From Methanosarcinales archaeon (GTDB lineage Archaea > Halobacteriota > Methanosarcinia > Methanosarcinales > Methanogasteraceae), in contig JAUWGA010000001.1 in assembly GCA_030606635.1 (NCBI GenBank), forward strand, positions 1 through 35,237: a stretch of DNA of 35,237 bases, written 5' to 3'. The translations under genes and the position numbers were made by a program. Positions within the stretch are counted from its first letter, which is position 1, and the number at the start of each line of letters is the position of its first letter. The notes below the pieces were generated by a model that saw only the letters and a program-made list of their open reading frames with translations, ran no database searches and had not been told where the DNA came from. Shown here in pieces: positions 9,081 through 18,153 of this stretch.

Positions 9081-9257
9081 ATGGCTAAAAAGAAAGCAAG
9101 TGGCAGCGGACTCATGTCTTCTGCGGGTCTGATGAGATATTACGAGGCAGACGAGACCGCGATACGCATCAAACCAAAGACAGTGGTCATAATTGCTGTC
9201 ATGGCTGGCATATTCGCGATCACTCTTGGGTTTCGGTACGGAACCTGGCCCGGTTAA
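9081..9257 (+). CDS. secG: Protein translocase subunit Sec61-beta (archaeal SecG); absent from the supplied ORF track because it is under 60 aa
   Basis: My own translation gives MAKKKASGSGLMSSAGLMRYYEADETAIRIKPKTVVIIAVMAGIFAITLGFRYGTWPG* (58 aa). It has the basic N-terminus, the GL.RY motif and a single C-terminal TM helix, as in archaeal Sec61-beta. A TTTATG box lies about 30 nt upstream. Confidence 0.8.
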   Translation: MAKKKASGSGLMSSAGLMRYYEADETAIRIKPKTVVIIAVMAGIFAITLGFRYGTWPG

Positions 9258-10960
9258 AGGCACTTCAACATGTATGCGCCTTCGCGTACATAACCGCGCG
9301 CCCTGTAATACTCGCGCACACCGATACCGCTTGTAACCGCGATTTTTGAAAATCCGTGCCCGGATGCAAGATCCTCTGCAGCAGCGAGCAGTTCACGCCC
9401 GTAGCCCCTGTGCTGCCACTGGTCACTGCGAGGGCTGGATTCTGCACCCAATGGCACCATCCTTCCGTACACCACCAGTTCACGCACGAGAGCCGCGCCC
9501 AGAAGTTCTATCCGGTGCGGAGAATCCGGGAACCGCAGCCGCAGAAAACCGATCAGGATACCATTTCCCCGATCTTCAAACGATATGAAGTGCTCGGTTC
9601 CGTCGCATGCACTGTACGTCTCGATCAACAGTTCGATCTTATCAGGCGCCATTCCGTGTAGCGATGCATGTCCGACCTCGCGGCACCTGATGCACCTGCA
9701 TGACCCGCCCCTCGACCTGAGCCGCTCTTCTGCAAGCTGGCGGATGTTGCTCTTTGTGACGCCTGCCGCGATCTGCTGCGCGGGAATGTCCCGCTGGATC
9801 CGCTGCAACCGCACCCATTTCGGAAGCACGCTCTTGATATCTGCGAGCAGCCCGATCGCCGATTCATTATCAAGCGAGTGGTAGCTGCCATCCTTCCACC
9901 ACCGGTGGAGCACGGTTCCCTCGGTGACGAGCGTGGGATAGATCTTCAGATGGTCAGGGCAGAATGCGGGATCGCTAAAGAGCGTCTTAAACATGTTGAG
10001 ATCGTCGTTGGCATCAGATCCGGGAAGTCCGACCATTATATGGAATCCGACCTTAAGCCCGCTGTCGCGCAGTCGCTTGTTGGCAGCGATCGAGTCCTGT
10101 ACGGTATGCCCGCGATCGATCTTTTCGAGCACGCGGTCATAGATGCTCTGAACACCTACTTCCACCTTCGTTGCACCCATCTCGAGCACGCGGTCGATCT
10201 CCTCCCTGGACAGATGATCGGGTCGGGTTTCGAAGGTGATCCCGATATTCCTGACCGCGGCAGTCTCGTTCGTGGCGATTATGGATTCGATATCGATATC
10301 GAGGTCGACATCCTGATCCGCCACGCCCGCGCCGCCGAAATCGTTCATAGCCGAAATCGACCGCCCGACAAACCACTGCTGGTAATCCGGCGGGCGGGCT
10401 GTGAATGTCCCGCCCATCACGATCAGTTCGACCTTGTCGACCGGATGCCCGATGCTCTGCAACTGCCGCAGCCGGACTGCCACCTGCTCGTACGGGTCGT
10501 AGCCGCACTGGATCGCACGCATCGTGGCGGGCTCTCGCCCCATGTAACTCTGCGGTGTCTGGAATACGGATGCAGGGCCGCCCGGGCATGGGATACATGC
10601 GCCATGCGGGCACGGGTATGGCGAGGTCATCACCGCAACCACGGCAACGCCTGATATCGTGCGGACTGACTTTCGCTGCAACAGATGGATCGCAACGGCA
10701 CGCTCATCCGCAGAGCAGAGCAGAAGGATCTCCGAATTCTTTGGGAGACTCGGGAGTTTGTACTTTGCGCTGACCCGCTTCTTGGCGGCATCGAGCTTGC
10801 GATCGCTCGTTATCTCGTGATTCAGGATCTGCTCAAGGATCTCACGGCAGGCTGGTTCGAACATTTGTGCATCTATATCATCGTGGTTGTATCTTAACGG
10901 TCGCGTGGGGTGGGTATCAACTACTAATAGGGACCTCGCCAAAGTGTTATATATCATCAA
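9254..10960 (-). CDS. elp3: Elp3-type radical-SAM + GNAT tRNA uridine(34) modification enzyme
   Basis: 568 aa. It has a radical-SAM core (SGVAVVAVMTSPYPCPHGACIPCPGG), the Elp3 mid-region and a C-terminal GNAT motif (QHRGYGRELLAAAE). The true start may be the internal Met (MFEPACREILE). Confidence 0.9.
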   Translation of the reverse strand: MMIYNTLARSLLVVDTHPTRPLRYNHDDIDAQMFEPACREILEQILNHEITSDRKLDAAKKRVSAKYKLPSLPKNSEILLLCSADERAVAIHLLQRKSVRTISGVAVVAVMTSPYPCPHGACIPCPGGPASVFQTPQSYMGREPATMRAIQCGYDPYEQVAVRLRQLQSIGHPVDKVELIVMGGTFTARPPDYQQWFVGRSISAMNDFGGAGVADQDVDLDIDIESIIATNETAAVRNIGITFETRPDHLSREEIDRVLEMGATKVEVGVQSIYDRVLEKIDRGHTVQDSIAANKRLRDSGLKVGFHIMVGLPGSDANDDLNMFKTLFSDPAFCPDHLKIYPTLVTEGTVLHRWWKDGSYHSLDNESAIGLLADIKSVLPKWVRLQRIQRDIPAQQIAAGVTKSNIRQLAEERLRSRGGSCRCIRCREVGHASLHGMAPDKIELLIETYSACDGTEHFISFEDRGNGILIGFLRLRFPDSPHRIELLGAALVRELVVYGRMVPLGAESSPRSDQWQHRGYGRELLAAAEDLASGHGFSKIAVTSGIGVREYYRARGYVREGAYMLKCL

Positions 10961-10998
10961 TGAGTCTATTATTATGAGGCAGAGGGAACCTGTGGGGC

Positions 10999-13900
10999 AT
11001 GAATATGACGATTAACCTCAGGACTGGCATCATCGCTATCAGCCTATTTATACTCTTACTAAGTCCCATCCTTCTTATCCATGCTCACGGCGTTTCAGAA
11101 CGATATCCAAATGACACACCCCTTTCGGTCGGTAAAGCAACGTATGCGCTTTGTGAGACGGTCTGCATCACTTTAACGGTTCTGCCAGAAGAGATTATTT
11201 TTTTCAATATAATAAGCCCAACAGGGATCATTTATACCGCGCTACCATCCACAGACCGTGAATACCAGTTCAAGCCAGATACCGCTGGCAATTACGTGAT
11301 AAATGTTCTGTTGCGCTCCGGTGATGGCGAAACGTTCTTGACTACCGGGTTTGCAGTAGCAGATCCGGAGATCGTCTTTGGCGAGCCAGAGCAAGGGGGG
11401 GTAGTGGTGGGCGAACCTGTCAACTGGTCACAGCACATCTCCATCACAAACCACGAGAGGTTTCCCATATCAAATTTCTCGGTTAGTATTCCCCTCCCCA
11501 CGGGGCATTCCAATCTCTCTTCCGATGCAGGGTTCACAATTATCGATTCGTCTATTCCGGTTGATCTGGCAGCCGGCGAAGGCGCAAGCTTTAACATATC
11601 CTATCAGACGCCCCCTGTCCGACTCGCTGTGATAGAAGAGGGCATTGGCATCCTCGACTTGATCCCGCATGACGCGTTTGACATCGGGGTCTACAAAGAA
11701 ATTGGTACGGATGAAGAGGAGCCAGAGCTAACAGCTGAGATTACCATAAAGCAGGTAAAAGTCTGGCATAACTCGTCCATATATTATCATAACATCCCTG
11801 TTGCCATAGACGCGGAGGAATGCGAGGGGATTGTCGAACTCTTGGATGGCGCGGGAATGATTGCGGAGACAACGGTGGAAAGAAACAATAAAACAATTTT
11901 GTGGACGATTCCACAACTTTCTGACCGGACGTATGCGGTTGTTGAGGTAACGCGGGAACAGGGGGACGCTGAAATTGATGAACCGATCGAATGGCAGCTC
12001 AATGTCTCTGGCATCATCGTAAGATACAAAACGCCAGCACCCTATAACTGTCAGGATGCCGCAAACGATGTTGTTGGTGTGAACATCACGAACTTTAGCG
12101 TGTTTGCACCGATGGCTACACCATATAATCCTCTCGTTGTAACCTTGAACAGACCATACAACGGTTCGAAAATCCCTAATAACTGGACTTTACTAAATGC
12201 AACGGTAACAGATGCGGATAATGACACTATGGCCGTCTGTTTCTACGCAAATAACAACAGTAATGGTTTAAATGCTTCCGAAGGTTTGGTTTATATTGCA
12301 GAGAATGTAGCCAATGGGACTACATTGACTTATAATTTAACCGCACTGCCGGTAAAACCATCAGAAGACGGTTTAGCTGTGTTAATGCACTTTGATAATA
12401 GGAGCGAGTATGGTGAAACTAACACACTTGTTTATGATTTTTCAGGGAATGGTAAGAATGGGACGATGCACGGCGATACGTTCATCAGTTTATCAGGCAA
12501 GTTTGGAGGAGCAGCGCAGTTTGACGGGAATGGAGATTATGTAAGTGTTACGGATGATGATGATGATGATGATGATCCAACTGCCTATACCATTTCTACC
12601 TGGGTTAAGCCAGAGAAGGGTATAACACGCGTAAATATCATAGTAAGGACAGATGCAAAAGGTCCTAAAAAGTCGTGGTCCCATCAATTACGAATTACAT
12701 CAAAACGTAAATTCGAGCATTATCTTTACGATGTTGACGCTGACAAGCCAGTGTCAGTAACAGGTTCAACGACAGTAGAGTCCGGGAAATGGTATCATAT
12801 AGTGGGAATAGCAGAAAACGCTGGAAATATGAGCTTATATGTTAACGGAAGAGAAGAAGGCACAACCACAATAGGCACGATGTGGACGGGTGGCGATAGG
12901 TGGTTTGTTGGTTCTAACGCGGGAAATGGAATGGCATATTACAACGGTCTCAGCGATGACGTCGCCATCTACAATAGAGCCATATCGGCAGAAGAAATCT
13001 TAGACCATTACCGCATGGGTGAAGGAGCGTATTACTGGAATGTCGATGCATCCGACCGAGTTTCAAGCAATGAATCAGGCGCATGGAACTTCACAATTAC
13101 GCCGATCAAACCGCCCGACATTCGAGTTGTCGATGTAGCGTTCGATCACTGGGATACTGATGAGAACAGATCATCTGTCTATGAGACCGGAACCGGCTAT
13201 CACGTCAAAGAAAGTAAGAACATCACAATCAATGCGACTATCGCGAACTATGGCGTCGGAAATGTAACTTCTGACTTCAAGGTCTCGTTCTTTGACTCCG
13301 CTGGCGCGTATGGTAACTGGAGCCTATGCTTTTGGAACTCTACGTATAACGTGTTAACAGAAGGCGAACTGGGAAGTAGAACCACCGGGTATCCCTACAA
13401 CACCACGTATGTAACCGGATACTGGGATCCATCGTTGGTTGGCACGCACAACATCGCGGTATGGGCAGACCCGGATGATTATATATACGAGTCGCAAGCA
13501 AACACCACAAACAACAATGCATCAGCATTGATAAACGTCTCCGCGTGGCAGAAATACTACGGGAATGCAAGCGGCAGCATCGCATTGACAGTCAGTGCTT
13601 CCGAATCGGTGTATGACTGGACGTGGGGTAATGAAACAGATGCCGGGTACGTTTATATCGTAAATGCGGGCGTAACTGTAAACTGGAGCGCTCTACACGC
13701 ACTTGGATGCGATAGTGACGATACACTAAACGCGAGCGGACATGACTTTCTCGATGCCGATACCAACCTTGCCACGGTTGTCGGCAGCAGCAATGCGACC
13801 GGATTTGCGAACAATAATATCACAGAGTTGTTCAGCAGCAATGATCCGAGCAATGCAACGAACAAAACAACATTCATTGTGTACGGGACCAGTATATCAC

Positions 13901-14166
13901 ATGTACCGATCGTGAACAGCACCATGATGACAAACCTTATGTCAGTCGAGAGTGCGAATTTCATCACAGGGCTATTATGGGACGCTACTTCGGATACCAA
14001 TGGCTACTATGATACGACAGACGATGAGAATCTCGTATTCGTCACAAAGATAAGAGTGGCTGCAGTAGGTATCGGCAGCACGGCGCATAATTATGAATTC
14101 GCAGCCCCTTGCACGCTTAATCCGATGTCCGGAGGCGATCTGGATATTTATATGGAGTTAAAATGA
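10999..14166 (+). CDS. Large secreted surface protein with a LamG/ConA-like lectin domain and a C-terminal WQxYYGN domain
   Basis: 1,055 aa. It has an N-terminal signal/anchor (IIAISLFILLLSPILLIHAHG) and many N-x-S/T sequons. The Laminin_G_3-like block is LVYDFSGNGKNGTMHGD...FDGNGDYV...WYHIVG...SLYVNG...DDVAIYNRAISAEEI. The C-terminal ~210 aa are paralogous to the next two genes. Confidence 0.85.
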   Translation: MNMTINLRTGIIAISLFILLLSPILLIHAHGVSERYPNDTPLSVGKATYALCETVCITLTVLPEEIIFFNIISPTGIIYTALPSTDREYQFKPDTAGNYVINVLLRSGDGETFLTTGFAVADPEIVFGEPEQGGVVVGEPVNWSQHISITNHERFPISNFSVSIPLPTGHSNLSSDAGFTIIDSSIPVDLAAGEGASFNISYQTPPVRLAVIEEGIGILDLIPHDAFDIGVYKEIGTDEEEPELTAEITIKQVKVWHNSSIYYHNIPVAIDAEECEGIVELLDGAGMIAETTVERNNKTILWTIPQLSDRTYAVVEVTREQGDAEIDEPIEWQLNVSGIIVRYKTPAPYNCQDAANDVVGVNITNFSVFAPMATPYNPLVVTLNRPYNGSKIPNNWTLLNATVTDADNDTMAVCFYANNNSNGLNASEGLVYIAENVANGTTLTYNLTALPVKPSEDGLAVLMHFDNRSEYGETNTLVYDFSGNGKNGTMHGDTFISLSGKFGGAAQFDGNGDYVSVTDDDDDDDDPTAYTISTWVKPEKGITRVNIIVRTDAKGPKKSWSHQLRITSKRKFEHYLYDVDADKPVSVTGSTTVESGKWYHIVGIAENAGNMSLYVNGREEGTTTIGTMWTGGDRWFVGSNAGNGMAYYNGLSDDVAIYNRAISAEEILDHYRMGEGAYYWNVDASDRVSSNESGAWNFTITPIKPPDIRVVDVAFDHWDTDENRSSVYETGTGYHVKESKNITINATIANYGVGNVTSDFKVSFFDSAGAYGNWSLCFWNSTYNVLTEGELGSRTTGYPYNTTYVTGYWDPSLVGTHNIAVWADPDDYIYESQANTTNNNASALINVSAWQKYYGNASGSIALTVSASESVYDWTWGNETDAGYVYIVNAGVTVNWSALHALGCDSDDTLNASGHDFLDADTNLATVVGSSNATGFANNNITELFSSNDPSNATNKTTFIVYGTSISHVPIVNSTMMTNLMSVESANFITGLLWDATSDTNGYYDTTDDENLVFVTKIRVAAVGIGSTAHNYEFAAPCTLNPMSGGDLDIYMELK
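12553..12576 (+). repeat. (GAT)8 trinucleotide microsatellite encoding Asp8 inside the LamG domain
   Basis: The run gatgatgatgatgatgatgatgat is read directly from the sequence. It translates as TDDDDDDDDPT. Confidence 0.95.
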
Positions 14167-14858
14167 TGAAAAGTGTGTGGATGAAATCTATGTAATCAGT
14201 GCAATCTGTGGTTAATAACTCTTATGCACGACGAGCAGCGGCGCAGCCATAACACAAGATTTCCACAGATTAAGAGTTATCTGCCCAACGTGAGATTTAT
14301 TCGGGAGGATTTCATACAGTATTCAGGCGTAGTCTTCTACATCGCCGAGGGGATACGACTCGGACACCGGCACCCGGGTTGACCGCCCCTGCACTTTGCA
14401 CGAAAGACTTAATATGCGAAAGTTGCAAGTAGGTTGCAGAGGCATGCATAAGCACATTCGTGTCTCGCGGGTTGAAAAGCATCTGAAAGCGTGTCAGGGT
14501 TGGTCACGCAGGAAATCGGATTGCACCACGCATCCCAAATGCGAAAAAAGGGGTACAATAGTGTCGGTACACAGAACCATCTTGACCGCTGTGCTGCAGC
14601 GTTCCGTCGCGGCGCATGCCAGAACGGCTCTCGCGGAATCTGTCGGATCTGAAGATGTGAGCGGTGCTGCCGCTGCCAGCCCGGATGTGACTGCTACGAA
14701 TCGCGAAGGTTGTGCAGCAACCTGGAACTTAAGCGTAAACGGCAGAGGGCCCATCTACAATCCAGTCCATGCCGGCACTCAAACGATAGCGCCCCTGGAC
14801 ACAGAGTCGTGACTGTGGAGGCTGAAGCAGACGCGGGTCCGGATCTCTTAATGGAGTC

Positions 14859-14974
14859 GGGGCGGGAAAAAGCACGAATGGAATCACGGTCATGGGAGGT
14901 CCCAAAATAAGTCTTGTGGCTAAAAGAGGCAAGGGGGCGGGTAAATAGAAGATAAAGAGTAATACAGGGGCGGG
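14859..14974 (+). promoter_or_regulatory. Three copies of GGGGCGGG-(A/T)AA upstream of the 241-aa surface-protein gene (candidate operator sites)
   Basis: GGGGCGGGAAAA at 14859, GGGGCGGGTAAA at 14934 and GGGGCGGGAACG at 14967. They lie 100-215 nt upstream of the ATG at 15073, and an AAGGAG RBS lies at 15058-15063. Confidence 0.2.
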
Positions 14975-15072
14975 AACGAGGGGCTGATCCCATGGATCTA
15001 AAACGTATCGAATAACGAACAACAGAACAGATTTGCAAAAGAGCAGATTTACACACAAAGGAGATAGAATAA

Positions 15073-15798
15073 ATGAAAATGAAAACAATTGAGGTGGCTA
15101 CGATCGTGATCGCTCTGGTGGTGGCATTCACAGGGATCGTGAGTGCAGATCCGGACGGTGTAGCAGGCAATGCTACTGATCCTGTAACGAAACCTACAGT
15201 AGCTGCAGGACAAGATGACGCACAAGGTGGCTATATTACAGGCTTTGATCTCACTGTAATGCAGCAGACTGCCAAGTGGCAAGGCTACTATGGCAACATA
15301 ACTGCTGAAATTACATTGGATGATGACAATAGTGCTACGTTGTACAATTGGACCACTGCTGCGCCTACCGGCGAAGTGTACGCAACAACACTAAACACAC
15401 TGCCTGTTTGGTCCAACTTTATCAACAATGCAAGTCTTAGCGCTGTAGACACTGCTTACGGCTTCGTGTCGGGTGAGTCAGATAATACGGCGGAAACTTT
15501 CTCACTTACCAACCATACCGCCTTCCATCTTGCAGGCAATGAGATTGCCGCAGGAGTGGGGCGATGTGCTAAGACATACGAGGGTCCAGGCAATACCGGC
15601 GACTGGGAAACCGTACTGCTATGGGATGACGATGGCACGGCTACAGACAACTATCTATTCGCAGGGATCATCAGAGATAATACGGCAAGTTACAAAAACA
15701 CAAACGAAACTCCGGATACTTGCGATTACCAGATGATCGTACCAGAGAACCCTTTGAACGGCACAACCACATACTACTTCTACGCGGAACTAACGTGA
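15073..15798 (+). CDS. Secreted protein consisting of one WQGYYGN domain
   Basis: 241 aa. It has a signal peptide (VATIVIALVVAFTGIVSA). DDAQGGYI...WQGYYGN...DNYLFAGI...CDYQMIVPENP...TYYFYAEL aligns with the N-terminus of the 664-aa protein and the C-terminus of the 1,055-aa protein. Confidence 0.85.
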   Translation: MKMKTIEVATIVIALVVAFTGIVSADPDGVAGNATDPVTKPTVAAGQDDAQGGYITGFDLTVMQQTAKWQGYYGNITAEITLDDDNSATLYNWTTAAPTGEVYATTLNTLPVWSNFINNASLSAVDTAYGFVSGESDNTAETFSLTNHTAFHLAGNEIAAGVGRCAKTYEGPGNTGDWETVLLWDDDGTATDNYLFAGIIRDNTASYKNTNETPDTCDYQMIVPENPLNGTTTYYFYAELT

Positions 15799-15822
15799 TC
15801 CGCGTAGAAGTATAAATACATA

Positions 15823-15855
15823 GGGAGTCTCTCCGACTCCCTCTTTCATTTCTTC
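15823..15855 (+). terminator. Hairpin plus T-rich tract downstream of the 241-aa gene
   Basis: GGGAGTC-tctcc-GACTCCC (15823-15841) is followed by TCTTTCATTTCTT. A second 8-bp hairpin, TACGCGGA/TCCGCGTA (15781-15806), brackets the stop codon. Confidence 0.4.
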
Positions 15856-16088
15856 CGCAGCCAAACCGGTAACAAAGATCATGACACCGACTACACCAAT
15901 TTCACCCACAACTTACTTGGGCCCGGGTTATAACAGTCCCCGTGCGATTGTGTCTGTCTGGCGCTGGTCTTCAAGTCACGCCCTTTGGTGGTGGGTATCC
16001 GAATGCGCCTCGAATATCATAAGAAAAGTTTTTTAGCCACAGATTACATGGCTAACGCTTTTGGAGTACCAGAGAAGGTATACAACCG

Positions 16089-18083
16089 ATGTCAGCAATC
16101 AAGAATGCAAGTATAATCCTGGTACTCCTGATCATCGCATTCTCATCAGGCGGCGGATGCGTGCAGGCAGATGATGCGCGTGGCGGATACATATTCACAA
16201 TCGACTTCGATACCAGTTCATCCACCGATTACTGGTACGGATACTACGGCAGCGTCATACCCGCATCGGAAAATCCGCACCGTCTCGATACCGAAACCCG
16301 GATACAGGAGATCGACATAAACCGGACCGGCGGATGTCTGCTTATAACCGATTCACAGGATGTGCCAAACCCGGCATACCTGATCGCTGGCAACCCTGCC
16401 ACGATCGATACCATCACCGGTACTGGCTATGATTCCGGGAGCAGGACGTTTACAGAAACTGCCGACTACACAATCTATGATCGGATCCTGCCTGCGCCAA
16501 CTGCATACATATTTGGGAACTGTTCCGAGTCCACGTTTAAGGAGGGGTTCTTCACAGAACAGGGCAAGGACAATCTCGTATTCATAGCCCCGGTCGTCGA
16601 GAGCGGCACCTGCTACAACGCGATGTCCTGCAATTTCCAGTTCATACTTCCGAATAACCCGGTAAGCCCGATGACCTACTATATGTACTATATTCCGGCA
16701 ATACCGCCGACCGAGCCATCCGCGATCTCTCTGACCGCAGACCCGGGTATCATCGAAGCGGATGGGACAAACAACTCAACAATAACCGCTACCGTTACAG
16801 ATGAGTCTGGCAGAATGATAAATGAGACCGAGGTTACATTCTCCACAACACTTGGGGGCATAACTCCACTGACGGCAGTAACTGCAAATGGCACCACAAC
16901 TACCATCCTGACCTCTTCAACTTCTCCGGGAACCGCGGTTGTAGAAGGAACCGTCGCAAACAAGACATCCGTAACGCAAGCGTCGACGCCGGAGGCGTTA
17001 CGCGATACCGTCCATATCCCATTCATAAGAACTGCTGAAGCCGGATGTAACGGAACACTGGAAAATGTTACTGTAACGGTAATAGGAACCGGGGTCAGGG
17101 TGGATGCTACAACGGTAACGATCAAAGACGGTGCTGTAACTATCACTACAACCAAAGAGAATGCAACACTACTCGCGGGTACTGCAACCGTGGGTATGGT
17201 TATTTCCATACCCATAAAAGGCGGCACTCTTGAGACAACGCTTAAAGATGACGCAACCGCAGTTACCGACACTGTTATCGGAAACATAAGCAAGACAAAA
17301 CTGAACACGCCTCCGGAAGAATACATAACATCGATGACCGAGGTTGGAACCGCTTCCGTAGACCTTGATGTTGAATTTCAAGCGACATTTACACCCTACA
17401 GAGGACTCTCCTTTACGACAACGCTGGTAGAACGATACGGAGATCTTAAACATCTGAATGTTTCTGACACCTCCCGACTGAAGGAAATGCTTGCTGACTA
17501 TTTCGGCGTTGATGCTTCTACAATCGCCAACAATACCCCTATCTTGGTATATTCTAAGCTGTCTGCAACGGACCTCACCCGGTCAGAGGTCACAGGAGTG
17601 CCGATCAGTATAACCCTGAACAAAGATTGGTTCGATACCGTGGCAGGAGGTGACCCGGGTAATGTCGTGCTCTTCAAGATCAATGAGACGACCGGCGAGA
17701 TAGAAGGCGACATAACCATGATACCGGAGTCTATCACTATAACCGGTAACCGGGTTACATTCCGCGCGACATTCGACCATTTCTCTGTATTCGCAATCAT
17801 TGCCCGACCACCAGCAGCCACCCCTCACAAAGGGGGCGGTGGCGGAACATATCCACCAGTTTTGACTGTGACACCAACAATCACCCCCACGCCCACTCCC
17901 GTGGAGCCGACCGTGGTAGCCGTGGGGACGCTGACGCCAACGGTAGCAGCGGCTTGGGCGGAACCGGAGGAAACCCCTGGGCAAGAAGAATGGTCCTATC
18001 CCATAAGGATAATCCTGCTCGCCATTGCTGCTGGCATCTTCATAATCTTTATATTATGGAGATCACGAAATGATGGTGGATGA
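16089..18083 (+). CDS. Anchored surface protein: WYGYYG domain + Big (bacterial Ig-like) domain + Thr/Pro linker + C-terminal TM anchor
   Basis: 664 aa with a signal peptide. The N-terminal domain (aa ~28-203) is paralogous to the 241-aa protein. The invasin/Big_1-like segment is SLTADPGIIEADGTNNSTITATVTDESG...TFSTTLGG...GTAVVEGTV. The C-terminus has PTPTPVEP, then the hydrophobic IRIILLAIAAGIFIIFILW, then RSRNDGG. Confidence 0.85.
   Translation: MSAIKNASIILVLLIIAFSSGGGCVQADDARGGYIFTIDFDTSSSTDYWYGYYGSVIPASENPHRLDTETRIQEIDINRTGGCLLITDSQDVPNPAYLIAGNPATIDTITGTGYDSGSRTFTETADYTIYDRILPAPTAYIFGNCSESTFKEGFFTEQGKDNLVFIAPVVESGTCYNAMSCNFQFILPNNPVSPMTYYMYYIPAIPPTEPSAISLTADPGIIEADGTNNSTITATVTDESGRMINETEVTFSTTLGGITPLTAVTANGTTTTILTSSTSPGTAVVEGTVANKTSVTQASTPEALRDTVHIPFIRTAEAGCNGTLENVTVTVIGTGVRVDATTVTIKDGAVTITTTKENATLLAGTATVGMVISIPIKGGTLETTLKDDATAVTDTVIGNISKTKLNTPPEEYITSMTEVGTASVDLDVEFQATFTPYRGLSFTTTLVERYGDLKHLNVSDTSRLKEMLADYFGVDASTIANNTPILVYSKLSATDLTRSEVTGVPISITLNKDWFDTVAGGDPGNVVLFKINETTGEIEGDITMIPESITITGNRVTFRATFDHFSVFAIIARPPAATPHKGGGGGTYPPVLTVTPTITPTPTPVEPTVVAVGTLTPTVAAAWAEPEETPGQEEWSYPIRIILLAIAAGIFIIFILWRSRNDGG
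16971..17001 (+). repeat. Dispersed palindromic repeat, copy inside the 664-aa CDS
   Basis: GTAACGCAAGCGTCGACGCCGGAGGCGTTAC. The termini GTAACGC/GCGTTAC are inverted and the core GCGTCGACGC is self-complementary. It matches 20259-20287 at 27 of 29 positions. Here it is read as VTQASTPEALR. Confidence 0.8.
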
Positions 18084-18153
18084 TCGCACGATAATCTTTT
18101 TATAAAAGCGTATTAAAGAGTAATGCCACTAACATAAATAAGGAGGTTGTGGT

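Noticed and set aside
9036-9263. 75-aa minus-strand ORF from the track
   Set aside because: The opposite strand encodes a recognisable Sec61-beta over the same interval. The minus-strand product has no features of a real protein.
14167-15072. RNase P RNA, SRP (7S) RNA or a group II intron hidden in the long non-coding gap
   Set aside because: I looked on both strands for the RNase P CR-I box (GAGGAAAGUCC). I also looked for the SRP helix-8 motif (…GGCCCGGAAGGGAGCA…) and for the group II 5' GUGCG and a domain-V-like hairpin. None is present, and there is no reverse-transcriptase ORF.
17800-18083. PGF-CTERM / archaeosortase sorting signal on the 664-aa surface protein
   Set aside because: The C-terminus has a Thr/Pro linker and a TM helix plus a basic tail. 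The diagnostic Pro-Gly-Phe tripeptide immediately before the helix is absent, with TPGQEEWSYPIRI there instead. I therefore call only a generic C-terminal anchor.
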